NCBI GenBank assembly: GCA_002721725.1
Contig: PBLK01000008.1
Span: 115,356 to 179,355, forward strand
Origin: Rhodobiaceae bacterium
Lineage (GTDB): Bacteria; Pseudomonadota; Alphaproteobacteria; RS24
Reading direction: 5' to 3'
DNA length: 64,000 bases
Position 1 is the first letter of the stretch. Every line of letters starts with the position of its first letter. Both the position numbers and the translations under genes were made by a program. The notes under the pieces are model-generated. The model was not told the origin of the DNA. It did no database searches and saw only the letters and a list, made by a program, of their open reading frames with translations. Positions 55,184 to 64,000 of the stretch are shown piece after piece.

Positions 55184-55212
55184 CTTGATTTTGTCCCTCA
55201 TGCACCCTAACT
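55184..55212 (+). promoter_or_regulatory. candidate RpoH (sigma32)-type heat-shock promoter of grpE
   Basis: CTTG (55184-55187), an 18-nt spacer, then CCTAACT (55206-55212). This matches the alphaproteobacterial RpoH consensus CTTG-N17-18-CYTATNT at all but one position of the -10 element. Confidence 0.4.
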
Positions 55213-55268
55213 AAGCTGCACCGAGAGCGCGCCCCAAAAACAATAGGGGAAACCGATAAGGGAATGCC

Positions 55269-55889
55269 ATGAGTGAAAATGAAAAATCACAAGATGACGC
55301 GCTGAATGGCGCACCGCCGGCGCAGCCGGACACGCGGCCCGACGACCAGCCAAACGAGCAACAAGACGCGCCGCTTGATGAGGGCGGGGCACCCATGCAA
55401 GCAGCGGCCGAAGCGGACAGCGAAAGTGGCGAACCGACGCCGGAAGAGCGGCTGGCCGAAGCCAATGACCAACTTTTGCGCAGCCTGGCCGAGTTGGAAA
55501 ACACCCGCAAACGCGCTGCGCGCGACCGCAGTGAAGCGCTGAAATTCGGCGCTATGAGTTTCGCTCGCGATATGCTGGGCGTGGTCGATAATTTGCAGCG
55601 CGCCCTAAAAGCCATGCAGGATTTGGGCGATGAGATGCCAGATGCCACACGCAGCCTTTTAGAGGGTGTCGAGGCGACCGAACGCGATTTATTGGCCGCT
55701 TTGGCGCGCCATAAGGTGACGCCTTTGGTGCCGATGGGCGAAAAATTTGACCCCAATATGCACGAAGCCATGTTTGAAGCGCCCGGCACCGGGCAAGAAA
55801 ACGGCACGATTATTGAAATTATTGAGACCGGCTATTTGATGGAAGAGCGGCTTTTGCGCCCGGCCAAAGTCGGCATTGCCAAAGATTGA
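55269..55889 (+). CDS. grpE: nucleotide exchange factor GrpE
   Basis: An acidic N-terminus is followed by LLRSLAELENTRKRAARD and FDPNMHEAM. Length is 206 aa. Confidence 0.95.
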   Translation: MSENEKSQDDALNGAPPAQPDTRPDDQPNEQQDAPLDEGGAPMQAAAEADSESGEPTPEERLAEANDQLLRSLAELENTRKRAARDRSEALKFGAMSFARDMLGVVDNLQRALKAMQDLGDEMPDATRSLLEGVEATERDLLAALARHKVTPLVPMGEKFDPNMHEAMFEAPGTGQENGTIIEIIETGYLMEERLLRPAKVGIAKD

Positions 55890-55906
55890 CAAAAACCGGG
55901 CGGGGG

Positions 55907-55935
55907 CTTGCAGCGGCAAAGCGGCCTTCCTATAT
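55907..55935 (+). promoter_or_regulatory. candidate RpoH (sigma32)-type heat-shock promoter of dnaK
   Basis: CTTG (55907-55910), an 18-nt spacer, then CCTATAT (55929-55935). This is a full match to CTTG-N17-18-CYTATNT, about 60 nt upstream of the dnaK ATG. Confidence 0.6.
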
Positions 55936-55995
55936 GAGCCTCAGATAAGCAAAAGCGTGCCTTAACAAGGCATTGCAGGTCTATGGAGTGAGATT

Positions 55996-57963
55996 ATGGG
56001 CAAAGTTATCGGAATTGATTTGGGCACGACCAATAGTTGTGTGGCGGTAATGGACGGGGCCAATGCCCGCGTCATTGAAAATGCCGAAGGCGCGCGCACC
56101 ACGCCGTCAATGGTCGGATTTACCGAAGACGGCGAACGCCTGACCGGCCAGCCCGCCAAACGCCAAGCCGTGACCAATCCGCTCAATACGCTTTTTGCCA
56201 TTAAGCGCCTTATCGGACGGCGGTTTGACGATCCGGCAACCAAAAAAGACAAGGAAATGGTGCCTTATGAAATCGTTGCCTCCGATGGCGGTGATGCATG
56301 GGTTGAAGTGGGCGGAGAGAAATATTCACCGTCACAAGTATCGGCCTTTATTTTGCAGAAAATGAAAGAAACGGCGGAAGATTATCTCGGCGAAAGCGTC
56401 AGCCAAGCGGTCATTACCGTGCCGGCCTATTTCAATGACGCGCAACGCCAAGCGACCAAAGATGCCGGGAAAATTGCCGGCCTTGAAGTTTTGCGCATCA
56501 TCAATGAGCCGACCGCTGCTTCTTTGGCCTATGGGCTGGACAAAAAGGACGGCCAGACCATTGCCGTTTATGATTTGGGCGGCGGCACATTTGACGTCTC
56601 CATTTTGGAGATTGGCGATGGCGTGTTTGAGGTGAAATCGACCAATGGCGATACATTTCTCGGCGGTGAAGATTTCGACATGGCTTTGGTCGAACATTTG
56701 GCCGAGAGCTTTCAAAAAGAAAGCGGCATGGATTTGCGCGGCGATAAAGTCGCCCTGCAGCGCCTGAAAGAAGCGGCTGAAAAGGCCAAAATCGAATTAT
56801 CTTCAGCCGCCCAAACGGAAGTCAATCTGCCGTTTATCACGGCTGATGCGTCGGGCCCGAAACATTTGAATTTGAAGCTGACCAAAGCCGCCTTTGAGGG
56901 TTTGGTGGAAGATCTTGTGCAACGCACGCGCACACCATGCGAAGCGGCGATGAAAGATGCCGGCGTGTCGCTGTCAGAAATTGACGAAGTGGTGCTGGTC
57001 GGCGGGCAAACCCGCATGCCGCGCATTCGTGAATTCGTCAAAGACGTGTTCGGCAAAGAGCCCAATATGAGCGTCAACCCTGATGAGGTGGTGGCGATGG
57101 GTGCAGCCATTCAGGCCGGCGTGCTGCAAGGCGATGTCAAAGATGTGCTGCTTTTGGATGTGACGCCCTTATCTTTGGGCATTGAGACTTTGGGCGGCGT
57201 GTTCACCCGTCTGATTGACCGCAACACAACCATTCCAACGAAAAAGAGCCAAGTGTTTTCGACTGCCGATGACAATCAATCGGCCGTGACCATTTCCGTG
57301 TGTCAAGGCGAGCGCGAAATGGCGGCGGATAATAAAAATCTCGGCCAGTTCAACCTCGAGGGCATTCCGCCGGCACCGCGCGGCGTGCCGCAAATTGAAG
57401 TGACATTCGATATTGATGCCAATGGCCTTGTCAATGTGTCGGCTACCGATAAGGCGACCGGCAAAGAGCAGGCCATTCGCATTGAAGCTTCGGGCGGCCT
57501 GTCGGATGATGATATTGAGCAAATGGTGAAAGATGCTGAGGCCAATGCCGCAGCCGATAAAGAGCGCCGCGAACAGGTTGAGGCGCGCAATAATGCCGAG
57601 GCGCTGATTCACGCAACGGAAAAATCCATTGCCGACAATGAAGATAAGATTGACGCGGCTGATAAGGAAGCCGCCGAAGCGGCGATGGGCGAGTTGAAAA
57701 CCGCGCTGGAAGGCGAGGATATGGACGCGATTAATGAAAAAGCGCAAGCCCTGAGCCAGGCGGCGATGAAAATCGGCGAGGCGGTGTATCAAGCGCAGCA
57801 AGCCGAAGCGGCGGCCAATGATGCAGCGGCGGACGGGGCCACGGATGCAGGCGATGACGGCAATGTTGTTGATGCCGAGTTTGAAGAGGTTGCCGATGAA
57901 GATGCTGACGCATCTGACACATCCGACGGAGCCAATACGGATAGTGACCAAAAAGCCTCCTAG
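55996..57963 (+). CDS. dnaK: molecular chaperone DnaK (Hsp70)
   Basis: [23 protein letters not shown] and [10 protein letters not shown] are present, with an acidic C-terminal tail. Length is 655 aa. Confidence 0.98.
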   Translation: MGKVIGIDLGTTNSCVAVMDGANARVIENAEGARTTPSMVGFTEDGERLTGQPAKRQAVTNPLNTLFAIKRLIGRRFDDPATKKDKEMVPYEIVASDGGDAWVEVGGEKYSPSQVSAFILQKMKETAEDYLGESVSQAVITVPAYFNDAQRQATKDAGKIAGLEVLRIINEPTAASLAYGLDKKDGQTIAVYDLGGGTFDVSILEIGDGVFEVKSTNGDTFLGGEDFDMALVEHLAESFQKESGMDLRGDKVALQRLKEAAEKAKIELSSAAQTEVNLPFITADASGPKHLNLKLTKAAFEGLVEDLVQRTRTPCEAAMKDAGVSLSEIDEVVLVGGQTRMPRIREFVKDVFGKEPNMSVNPDEVVAMGAAIQAGVLQGDVKDVLLLDVTPLSLGIETLGGVFTRLIDRNTTIPTKKSQVFSTADDNQSAVTISVCQGEREMAADNKNLGQFNLEGIPPAPRGVPQIEVTFDIDANGLVNVSATDKATGKEQAIRIEASGGLSDDDIEQMVKDAEANAAADKERREQVEARNNAEALIHATEKSIADNEDKIDAADKEAAEAAMGELKTALEGEDMDAINEKAQALSQAAMKIGEAVYQAQQAEAAANDAAADGATDAGDDGNVVDAEFEEVADEDADASDTSDGANTDSDQKAS

Positions 57964-57996
57964 CAGGCAGCGATACTCTGCCAAAAAGGGGGCGGC

Positions 57997-59130
57997 ATGG
58001 CCAAAGCCGATTATTATGACCAATTGGGGGTAGACCGCTCAGCCAATGCGGCCGAGCTGAAATCGGCCTATCGCAAATTGGCAAAAAAATACCACCCCGA
58101 TGTCAATCCGGGCGATGCCGCTGCCGAGCAAAAATTCAAAGACGTATCGGAAGCCTATGAGGTGCTGAAAGACGAGCAGTCGCGCGCCGCTTATGACCAA
58201 TTCGGTCATGCCGCTTTTGAACAGGGCGGCCCCGGCGGCATGGGCGGCTTTGGCGGGCAAGGCGGCATGGGCGGCGGATTCTCCGGCTTTGGCGATATAG
58301 GCGATATTTTTGAAGATTTTTTTGGCGGCAGCGGCAGTCGTGGCGGGCAGCGCCGCGCCCGACGCGGCGATGATTTGCGCACCGAGGTTGATATCAGCCT
58401 GCAAGAGGCCTTTGACGGCACCGAGCGCCAAGTCAATTTGACCCGCGCCGGCTGCTGCCAAAGTTGCAGCGGTTCGGGGGCCAAGCCGGGCACCCAGCCC
58501 AGCACTTGCCCGACCTGCCAGGGGCACGGCAAAGTGCGCGCGCAGCAAGGGTTTTTTACCGTTGAACGCCCCTGTCATGGCTGCCAGGGCAGCGGGCAAA
58601 TCATTGCCGAGCCCTGCCCGGATTGTCGCGGCGGCGGGCAGACACGCGAGGCCCGCAATTTGGCGGTTTCCATTCCCGCGGGTGTCGAAGACGGCACGCG
58701 CATTCGCCTGTCGGGCGAAGGCAATGCCGGACCCAATGGCGCGGCCTATGGCGATTTATATGTCTTCGTCAATATTGCGCCGCATGGCATTTTGCGCCGC
58801 GATGGGGCCGATCTTTTTTGCGCCATGCCGGTGCCGTTTGACATTGCGGTGCGCGGCGGCGCGGTCAATGTGCCGCTGATGGCCGGCAAAACCGTCAAGC
58901 TGACGATTCCCGCCGGTGCGCGCACCGGTCAGCAATTCCGCCTGCGCGGCAAAGGCATGCCGGTTTTGCGGGCGCGCAAATTCGGCGATCTTTATGTGCA
59001 GATTGAGGTTGAAACCCCGACCGGCCTGACGCGCGACCAGAAAAAACACTTCGAGGCCTTTGCCGATAGTTTGGATGCGGGCAATTATCCCGATATGGCC
59101 GATTTTAACGCGCGCGCCAAAAAAAGCTGA
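57997..59130 (+). CDS. dnaJ: molecular chaperone DnaJ (Hsp40)
   Basis: A J-domain with KYHPDVNPGD, a G/F-rich region and four CxxCxGxG zinc motifs (CQSCSGSG, CPTCQGHG, CHGCQGSG, CPDCRGGG) are present. Confidence 0.97.
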   Translation: MAKADYYDQLGVDRSANAAELKSAYRKLAKKYHPDVNPGDAAAEQKFKDVSEAYEVLKDEQSRAAYDQFGHAAFEQGGPGGMGGFGGQGGMGGGFSGFGDIGDIFEDFFGGSGSRGGQRRARRGDDLRTEVDISLQEAFDGTERQVNLTRAGCCQSCSGSGAKPGTQPSTCPTCQGHGKVRAQQGFFTVERPCHGCQGSGQIIAEPCPDCRGGGQTREARNLAVSIPAGVEDGTRIRLSGEGNAGPNGAAYGDLYVFVNIAPHGILRRDGADLFCAMPVPFDIAVRGGAVNVPLMAGKTVKLTIPAGARTGQQFRLRGKGMPVLRARKFGDLYVQIEVETPTGLTRDQKKHFEAFADSLDAGNYPDMADFNARAKKS

Positions 59131-59175
59131 CGCAAAGCGATAGAGCAGCGCCGCGAACCCTGCTATACAAAGCCC

Positions 59176-59973
59176 ATGAGATTGATTGTAAATGGCTGCG
59201 CCGGTCGCATGGGTCGGGTGCTGGTAAGGCTGATTGCCGCGCAAGACGGTGTTGAGCTGGCCGGTGGCTTGGAGGCCGCGGGCAGTGCCGCGTTGGGACA
59301 AGATTTGGGCATATTGGCGGGCGGCGAAAAGCTCGGCCTGACGGCCAGCGACGATGCGCTGGCCTTGCTCAGCCAAGCCGATGGGGTGATTGATTTCACC
59401 ACCCCTGCCGCCACGGTCGAATTGGCGGCGCTGGCCGCACAAGCGCGGCTCGTCCATGTTATCGGCACCACCGGCTGCGATGCCGCCGAAGATGCACAGA
59501 TTGCCGCGGCAGCGCGCCATGCGCGCATTGTCAAATCGGGCAATATGAGCCTCGGCGTCAATATGCTGGCCGGATTGGTGCGCCAAGCGGCGGCGCAATT
59601 GGACGATGATTGGGATATTGAAATTGTCGATATGCACCACCGCCATAAGGTTGATGCGCCATCGGGCACGGCTTTGCTTTTGGGCGAGGCCGCCGCTGCC
59701 GGTCGCGGCGTCAGCCTTGACGATGTCAAAGATAGCGGGCGCGACGGCATTGGCGCGCCACGCGCCGCCGGCAATATCGGTTTTGCCGCTCTGCGCGGCG
59801 GCTCTGTGGTCGGCGACCATGAGGTGATATTGGCCGGCACGCATGAGCACATACGCTTGGCCCATCGCGCCGAAGACCGCGATATTTTTGCCCGCGGGGC
59901 GCTGAAAGCCGCTTTATGGGCCAAAGACCAGCCCGAAGGGCTGTATGACATGAGCGATGTTTTGGGGCTCTAG
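59176..59973 (+). CDS. dapB: 4-hydroxy-tetrahydrodipicolinate reductase
   Basis: The N-terminal NAD-binding [30 protein letters not shown] and the DapB C-terminal domain are present. Confidence 0.93.
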   Translation: MRLIVNGCAGRMGRVLVRLIAAQDGVELAGGLEAAGSAALGQDLGILAGGEKLGLTASDDALALLSQADGVIDFTTPAATVELAALAAQARLVHVIGTTGCDAAEDAQIAAAARHARIVKSGNMSLGVNMLAGLVRQAAAQLDDDWDIEIVDMHHRHKVDAPSGTALLLGEAAAAGRGVSLDDVKDSGRDGIGAPRAAGNIGFAALRGGSVVGDHEVILAGTHEHIRLAHRAEDRDIFARGALKAALWAKDQPEGLYDMSDVLGL

Positions 59974-60015
59974 ACCGGCCACATTTTACGCTGCAATCAA
60001 ATAGAGGAAAATGAC

Positions 60016-60639
60016 ATGAGCCATTTGGTGCTGATACGCCACGGACAAAGCGAATGGAATGAAAAGAATTTATTCACCGGCTGGCGCGACCCTGATTTGA
60101 CGGCGCAAGGTGTCGATGAGGCCAAAGCGGCGGGCCAAGCCCTGAAACAACAGGGGCTGGTTTTCGACCTCGCCTTTACCTCTGATTTGCAGCGGGCGCA
60201 AAAAACCCTGACGCTTTTGCTCGCCGAACAGGGGCAAAGCGATTTGCCGACGACCAAAAACCAGGCGCTTAATGAGCGCGATTACGGCGATTTGGCAGGG
60301 CTGAATAAGGATGATGCGCGCGAAAAATGGGGGGCTAAGCAAGTCCATATTTGGCGTCGTTCTTACGACACACCGCCGCCCGGCGGGGAAAGCCTGAAGG
60401 ATACCGGCGCACGGGTTCTGCCCTATTATGAAAACGCCATTTTACCGCTTATCGAAACCGGCAAAAACATTCTCATTGCCGCGCATGGTAATAGTTTGCG
60501 GTCTCTCGTGATGCGCCTTGAGGGGCTGAGCAGCGACGAGATTCTCGACGTCAATATCGATACCGGCGTGCCTTACATTTACCGAATGGATGAAGCTGGC
60601 GCGGTATTGGATAAAACCGTTTTGACACGCCCGCTCTAG
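60016..60639 (+). CDS. gpmA: 2,3-bisphosphoglycerate-dependent phosphoglycerate mutase
   Basis: The catalytic [10 protein letters not shown] and the second His motif AAHGNSLR are present. Confidence 0.95.
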   Translation: MSHLVLIRHGQSEWNEKNLFTGWRDPDLTAQGVDEAKAAGQALKQQGLVFDLAFTSDLQRAQKTLTLLLAEQGQSDLPTTKNQALNERDYGDLAGLNKDDAREKWGAKQVHIWRRSYDTPPPGGESLKDTGARVLPYYENAILPLIETGKNILIAAHGNSLRSLVMRLEGLSSDEILDVNIDTGVPYIYRMDEAGAVLDKTVLTRPL

Positions 60640-61154
60640 GCTGAAGCCGGCTGCGCTGACAGACGGTTGCGCCAACCGACCAAAGTTGCCTGCAGGCTCG
60701 CGGCCAAGCTTTCGCGCTCTTCGGGGGCCAAAAACGCGCCGACCGAGACATATTTGCCGTGGCTCGACAGTATCAGCGCGCCAATATCTTCGCCCTGAGC
60801 TCCGAAGCGCTCCAATGTCACACGCACCCAATAAGGGTCAAACTCCCATTGCCGCGCCGTGCCCAAAGGGGTGACCTGGCTGAAAACCAGTTTTTCCCCA
60901 GCCATGCTAAGCGTCTCATAGCGCTTGCCATAACGATAATTGAGCCGAAATGCGCCATAAAGCAGGACGACATCAAGGCCGAAAAAGCCGAAGACCGGCC
61001 ATGCGCCCAGCGACCAAAAATAGCCGCCGACAATTACCGATATGGCGGTAAAAAATACCATCAACCAAAAAAAGCTGCGCGGCGACAGCGACATATTGGG
61101 GCGCAGCACAAGGTCAAAATTATCCGGCAGAAGTGTCGTCTTTTCCATATACAT
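60636..61154 (-). CDS. DUF2244-like integral membrane protein
   Basis: Two adjacent TM helices ([42 protein letters not shown]) are followed by a soluble C-terminal domain. This architecture is typical of the DUF2244 family. The stop overlaps the gpmA stop convergently by 4 nt. Confidence 0.6.
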   Translation of the reverse strand: MYMEKTTLLPDNFDLVLRPNMSLSPRSFFWLMVFFTAISVIVGGYFWSLGAWPVFGFFGLDVVLLYGAFRLNYRYGKRYETLSMAGEKLVFSQVTPLGTARQWEFDPYWVRVTLERFGAQGEDIGALILSSHGKYVSVGAFLAPEERESLAASLQATLVGWRNRLSAQPASA

Positions 61155-61227
61155 TCAATTAGGGCGCGGGGGCCTGAAACAAAAGGGAAGGATTGTCGCG
61201 GGCGGCGCCCTGGTTTATGACAAGACT

Positions 61228-61893
61228 ATGACCCGCTCGCGCCAAATGCCTGCTGATGATATTGCTGCGTTTTTCGCCAAGCTGGCGGAGACCGATCCGG
61301 CCCCGCGCACCGAGCTCGCTTATAAAAACCATTTTACTCTTTTAGTGGCGGTGGTTTTATCGGCGCAGGCGACAGATATTGGCGTCAATCGAGCGACAAA
61401 AGACCTGTTCAAAAAAGCCGATAATGCCAAAAAAATGGTGGCGCTGGGCGAGGCGAAAATTCGTGACGCGGTCAAAACCATCGGGCTTTATCGCAATAAG
61501 GCCAAAAATGTTTTTCTCTTATCGCAAAAATTACTATCCGATTATTCCGGCCGAGTGCCGGCGACGATGGAAGAGCTGCTGGCCCTGCCCGGGGTCGGGC
61601 GCAAAACAGCCAATGTGGTGATGAATGAAGCTTTCGGTATCGCCACTTTTGCCGTCGATACGCATGTCTTCCGCCTCTCCAATCGCAGCGGCTTGGCCCC
61701 CGGTAAAGATGTTTTGGCGGTCGAGAAAAAACTCGACAAAAAAGTGCCCGAGCCGTACCGCATGCACGCCCATCATTGGCTGATTTTGCATGGCCGCTAT
61801 GTGTGCTTGGCGCGCAAGCCGAAATGCCATATTTGTCCGGTATATGATTATTGCCGCTTTAAGGATAAAGAAAAAATAAAGGATATGACATGA
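61228..61893 (+). CDS. nth: endonuclease III
   Basis: The HhH-GPD motif LPGVGRKTANVV and the 4Fe-4S cluster CLARKPKCHICPVYDYC are present. Start trimmed to the ATG at 61228. Confidence 0.94.
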   Translation: MTRSRQMPADDIAAFFAKLAETDPAPRTELAYKNHFTLLVAVVLSAQATDIGVNRATKDLFKKADNAKKMVALGEAKIRDAVKTIGLYRNKAKNVFLLSQKLLSDYSGRVPATMEELLALPGVGRKTANVVMNEAFGIATFAVDTHVFRLSNRSGLAPGKDVLAVEKKLDKKVPEPYRMHAHHWLILHGRYVCLARKPKCHICPVYDYCRFKDKEKIKDMT

Positions 61894-62873
61894 GCCAAGC
61901 CAGCGCGACCGCAAAGCCCGACAACGGCCTCATCACGGGCATGGGGGCCGCTTTGGTCGATTTATTTGCCGCCGTCAGCGAAGAAGAGCTCGCCGCATTG
62001 GGCAGCCCGAAAGCCTCCATGTCGCTCATTGATGCGGCACAATCATCGGCGCTACAAGAATACATCAATATCGATACGCGCCAGCCCGGCGGCTCCATTG
62101 CCAATTCCATTGCCGGCATGGCCGCGCTTGGCATGGCGACTGGCTTTATCGGCAAAATTGGTGACGATCATTTGGGGCGGGTATTTGCCGATGCCTTTAC
62201 GAAAGGCCATGTGCGCTTTCCCGCCATGCCCATGACAACAGCCCCGACCGGCCATTGCTTGGTGCTCATTACCCCCGATGCCGAGCGCACCATGCACACG
62301 GTTTTGGGCGCCTCAGTGACCACCGAAACAAAAGATTTGGATGCCGCGCTATTGGCCGATACCGGCCTATTATTTGGCGAGGGCTATTTATGGGACAGCC
62401 CGAGCGCGCGTGACGCGTTTCTTGGGGCCGCTGCGCGCGTGCGCGGGCAGGGCGGCAAGCTGGCTTTTTCATTGGCCGATGGCCTGTGCGTGGCGCGCCA
62501 TCATCAAGCCTTTATGGGCTTGCTGGATGAAATTGATATTTTGCTGGCCAATGATGCAGAGATAGAGGCGCTTTTGGGTACGGATGTGCCCGATGCCATT
62601 GCCGAGAAGCTGGCTGCTTATAATATTTTGGCGGCGGTGACTTTTGGCGCTGACGGGGCGCATTTATTTCACAAAACGGCGCGCGCCCATGTGCCGGCGC
62701 AACAGTTAACGGCCGATGATATTGTTGATTTGACCGGCGCGGGCGACCAATTCGCCGCCGGTTTTTTGGCCGGTCTGCATCAAGGCAAGGCGATGGAGGC
62801 CGCGGCGCAAATGGGCATTGATGCGGCCAGCGCGGTCATTCGCCATATCGGGCCGCGCCCGCCGCTTGATTAG
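61890..62873 (+). CDS. PfkB-family carbohydrate/nucleoside kinase (adenosine-kinase-like)
   Basis: The PfkB signature DLTGAGDQFAAGFL and the N-terminal GGSIANS are present. The ATGA overlaps the nth stop. Confidence 0.85.
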   Translation: MSQASATAKPDNGLITGMGAALVDLFAAVSEEELAALGSPKASMSLIDAAQSSALQEYINIDTRQPGGSIANSIAGMAALGMATGFIGKIGDDHLGRVFADAFTKGHVRFPAMPMTTAPTGHCLVLITPDAERTMHTVLGASVTTETKDLDAALLADTGLLFGEGYLWDSPSARDAFLGAAARVRGQGGKLAFSLADGLCVARHHQAFMGLLDEIDILLANDAEIEALLGTDVPDAIAEKLAAYNILAAVTFGADGAHLFHKTARAHVPAQQLTADDIVDLTGAGDQFAAGFLAGLHQGKAMEAAAQMGIDAASAVIRHIGPRPPLD

Positions 62874-62882
62874 AAAAAAGCG

Positions 62883-63824
62883 TTAAATTTTGCGCAGCAA
62901 GACGCGGTCAATGCGATGGTCGGCGCCCTTGTGCAAGATTAAATCGGCGCGCGCCCGCGTCGGCAAAATATTCTCGCTTAAATTTTTCAAATTAATGCGC
63001 GTCCAAATATCAATCGCCGTGGCTTCGGCTTCTTTATCATCAAGCTCGGCATAACGTTCAAAATAAGCGCCGGGCGCGCGAAAGGCGGTTTGGCGCAGCC
63101 CCATAAAGCGCTCAACATACCAGCGCTGCACCACCTCGGCTTCGGCATCAATATAAATCGAGAAATCAAAATAGTCGGAGACAAAGGGAATTTCCGTGCC
63201 CTCTTTGGCCAGCACGGCAGGCTGCAGCACATTCAGCCCCTCAACAATTAAAATATCGGGGCGCGAGATGCGGATTTTTTCTTCCGGCAAAATATCATAG
63301 GCAATATGGCTGTAAACCGGTGCCTCAGCCGCCGCGCGGCCCGATTTAACATCGGCCAAAAAGCCGCGCAAGCGCTTCAAGTCAAAACTTTCGGGAAACC
63401 CTTTGCGCTCCATCAGCCCGCGCTCTTGCAAAACCTGATTGGGAAATAAAAACCCGTCCGTGGTAATCAGCTCAACCGTCGGATGCGACGGCCAGCGCGC
63501 CAACATTTCGCGCAAAATACGCGATGTGGTTGATTTGCCGACCGCCACCGAACCGGCCACACCAATAATGAAAGGCACTTTGGTTTCGCGGCCGAGAAAT
63601 TCATTGGTCGCACCGTAAAGGGTTTGCGTGGCCTCAACATAAAGGCTCAACAGCCGCGACAAGGGCAGATAGATTTCTTCCGCCTCGGCCAGTGAAATGG
63701 TTTCGCCCAGGCCGCGCAAATTTTCCAATTCGCTTTCGGTCAAGGTCATTTCAGCGCCCTCGCGCAATTTACCCCACTCGACAGCGCTAAATGTGCGATA
63801 GGGCGAAAACTCGTTTTCCAACAT
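62883..63824 (-). CDS. coaA: type I pantothenate kinase
   Basis: Walker [15 protein letters not shown] and the CoaA pattern ([20 protein letters not shown]) are present. Length is 313 aa. Confidence 0.94.
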   Translation of the reverse strand: MLENEFSPYRTFSAVEWGKLREGAEMTLTESELENLRGLGETISLAEAEEIYLPLSRLLSLYVEATQTLYGATNEFLGRETKVPFIIGVAGSVAVGKSTTSRILREMLARWPSHPTVELITTDGFLFPNQVLQERGLMERKGFPESFDLKRLRGFLADVKSGRAAAEAPVYSHIAYDILPEEKIRISRPDILIVEGLNVLQPAVLAKEGTEIPFVSDYFDFSIYIDAEAEVVQRWYVERFMGLRQTAFRAPGAYFERYAELDDKEAEATAIDIWTRINLKNLSENILPTRARADLILHKGADHRIDRVLLRKI

Positions 63825-63829
63825 TGTCC

Positions 63830-64000
63830 CTATTTCCCGCGCGCCGCCTTTTCGGCCAGCCCTGATGTGCCGGCGCGGGCCTTTAACACCTCGACCACCT
63901 GTTTGGGCGTCAGTCCGCGCGCCGCCAACACCACCAGCCAGTGATAAATCAAATCGGCGCTTTCGGCCAGTAGCGCTTCATCATTGCCGGTCAAGGCGGC
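63830..64000 (-). CDS. hisE: phosphoribosyl-ATP diphosphatase HisE, C-terminal 56 codons (gene runs off the right edge)
   Basis: The reverse-strand translation ...[56 protein letters not shown] matches the HisE C-terminus. The stop lies at 63832-63830. Confidence 0.8.
   Translation of the reverse strand, partial: AALTGNDEALLAESADLIYHWLVVLAARGLTPKQVVEVLKARAGTSGLAEKAARGK

Noticed and set aside
55014-55268. Search for an hrcA remnant, a CIRCE operator or a small RNA in the rph-grpE spacer
   Set aside because: No CIRCE half-sites, no HrcA-like translation in any frame that I could recognise, and no convincing terminator-bounded structure. Only the RpoH-like promoter is reported.
58756-59865. 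369-aa and 262-aa ORFs on the minus strand (58756..59865 and 59163..59951)
   Set aside because: They are antisense to dnaJ and dapB, which have unambiguous motifs. The same reasoning applies to other long antisense ORFs: 4576..5367, 9874..10662, 14270..15133, 16491..17366, 27853..28644 and 57169..58023.

Overview
This is a GC-rich, very gene-dense chromosomal segment with about 58 CDS and little non-coding DNA. Gene content and local synteny are those of an alphaproteobacterium. Diagnostic blocks include an Irr regulator next to fabA-fabB, rimP-nusA-ylxR-infB-rbfA-truB-rpsO-pnp, lnt-corC-ybeY-phoH-miaB, fur-rimI-tsaB, mutS-glnD-murJ-trpS, rsmI-yraN-gshB, rph-rdgB-hemW, grpE/dnaK-dnaJ and hisE-coaA. 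Almost everything is core housekeeping: DNA repair (mutM, mutS, nth), ubiquinone (ubiE, ubiB), CoA (coaBC, coaA), translation and ribosome biogenesis, fatty-acid synthesis, chaperones and redox (katG, gshB). I found no rRNA or tRNA genes, CRISPR arrays, transposases, integrases, phage genes or recognisable defence or toxin modules. I do not see a convincing novel multi-gene system, so this looks like an ordinary core region. The observations most worth a second look are these. (1) A near-perfect iron-control-element (Irr box) dyad abuts a strong sigma70-like promoter of katG, directly downstream of irr. (2) A full-length yraN (UPF0102) frame between rsmI and gshB is interrupted by two in-frame stop codons. 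(3) grpE and dnaK carry RpoH-type promoters, and the usual hrcA gene and CIRCE operator are absent between rph and grpE. (4) A Cys-poor Rrf2 regulator is embedded in a tightly coupled coaBC-dut-rrf2-cysK-thiF/moeB chain. (5) A small accessory-looking island holds a fatty-acid-hydroxylase-family enzyme, an uncharacterised polytopic membrane protein and a divergent LysR regulator. All functional calls rest on motif-level recognition of the supplied translations and on reading the DNA. No database search or folding program was run. Many ORF-track entries are antisense shadow ORFs or N-terminally over-extended, and I trimmed starts where an ATG with a Shine-Dalgarno sequence or a family-typical N-terminus was visible.
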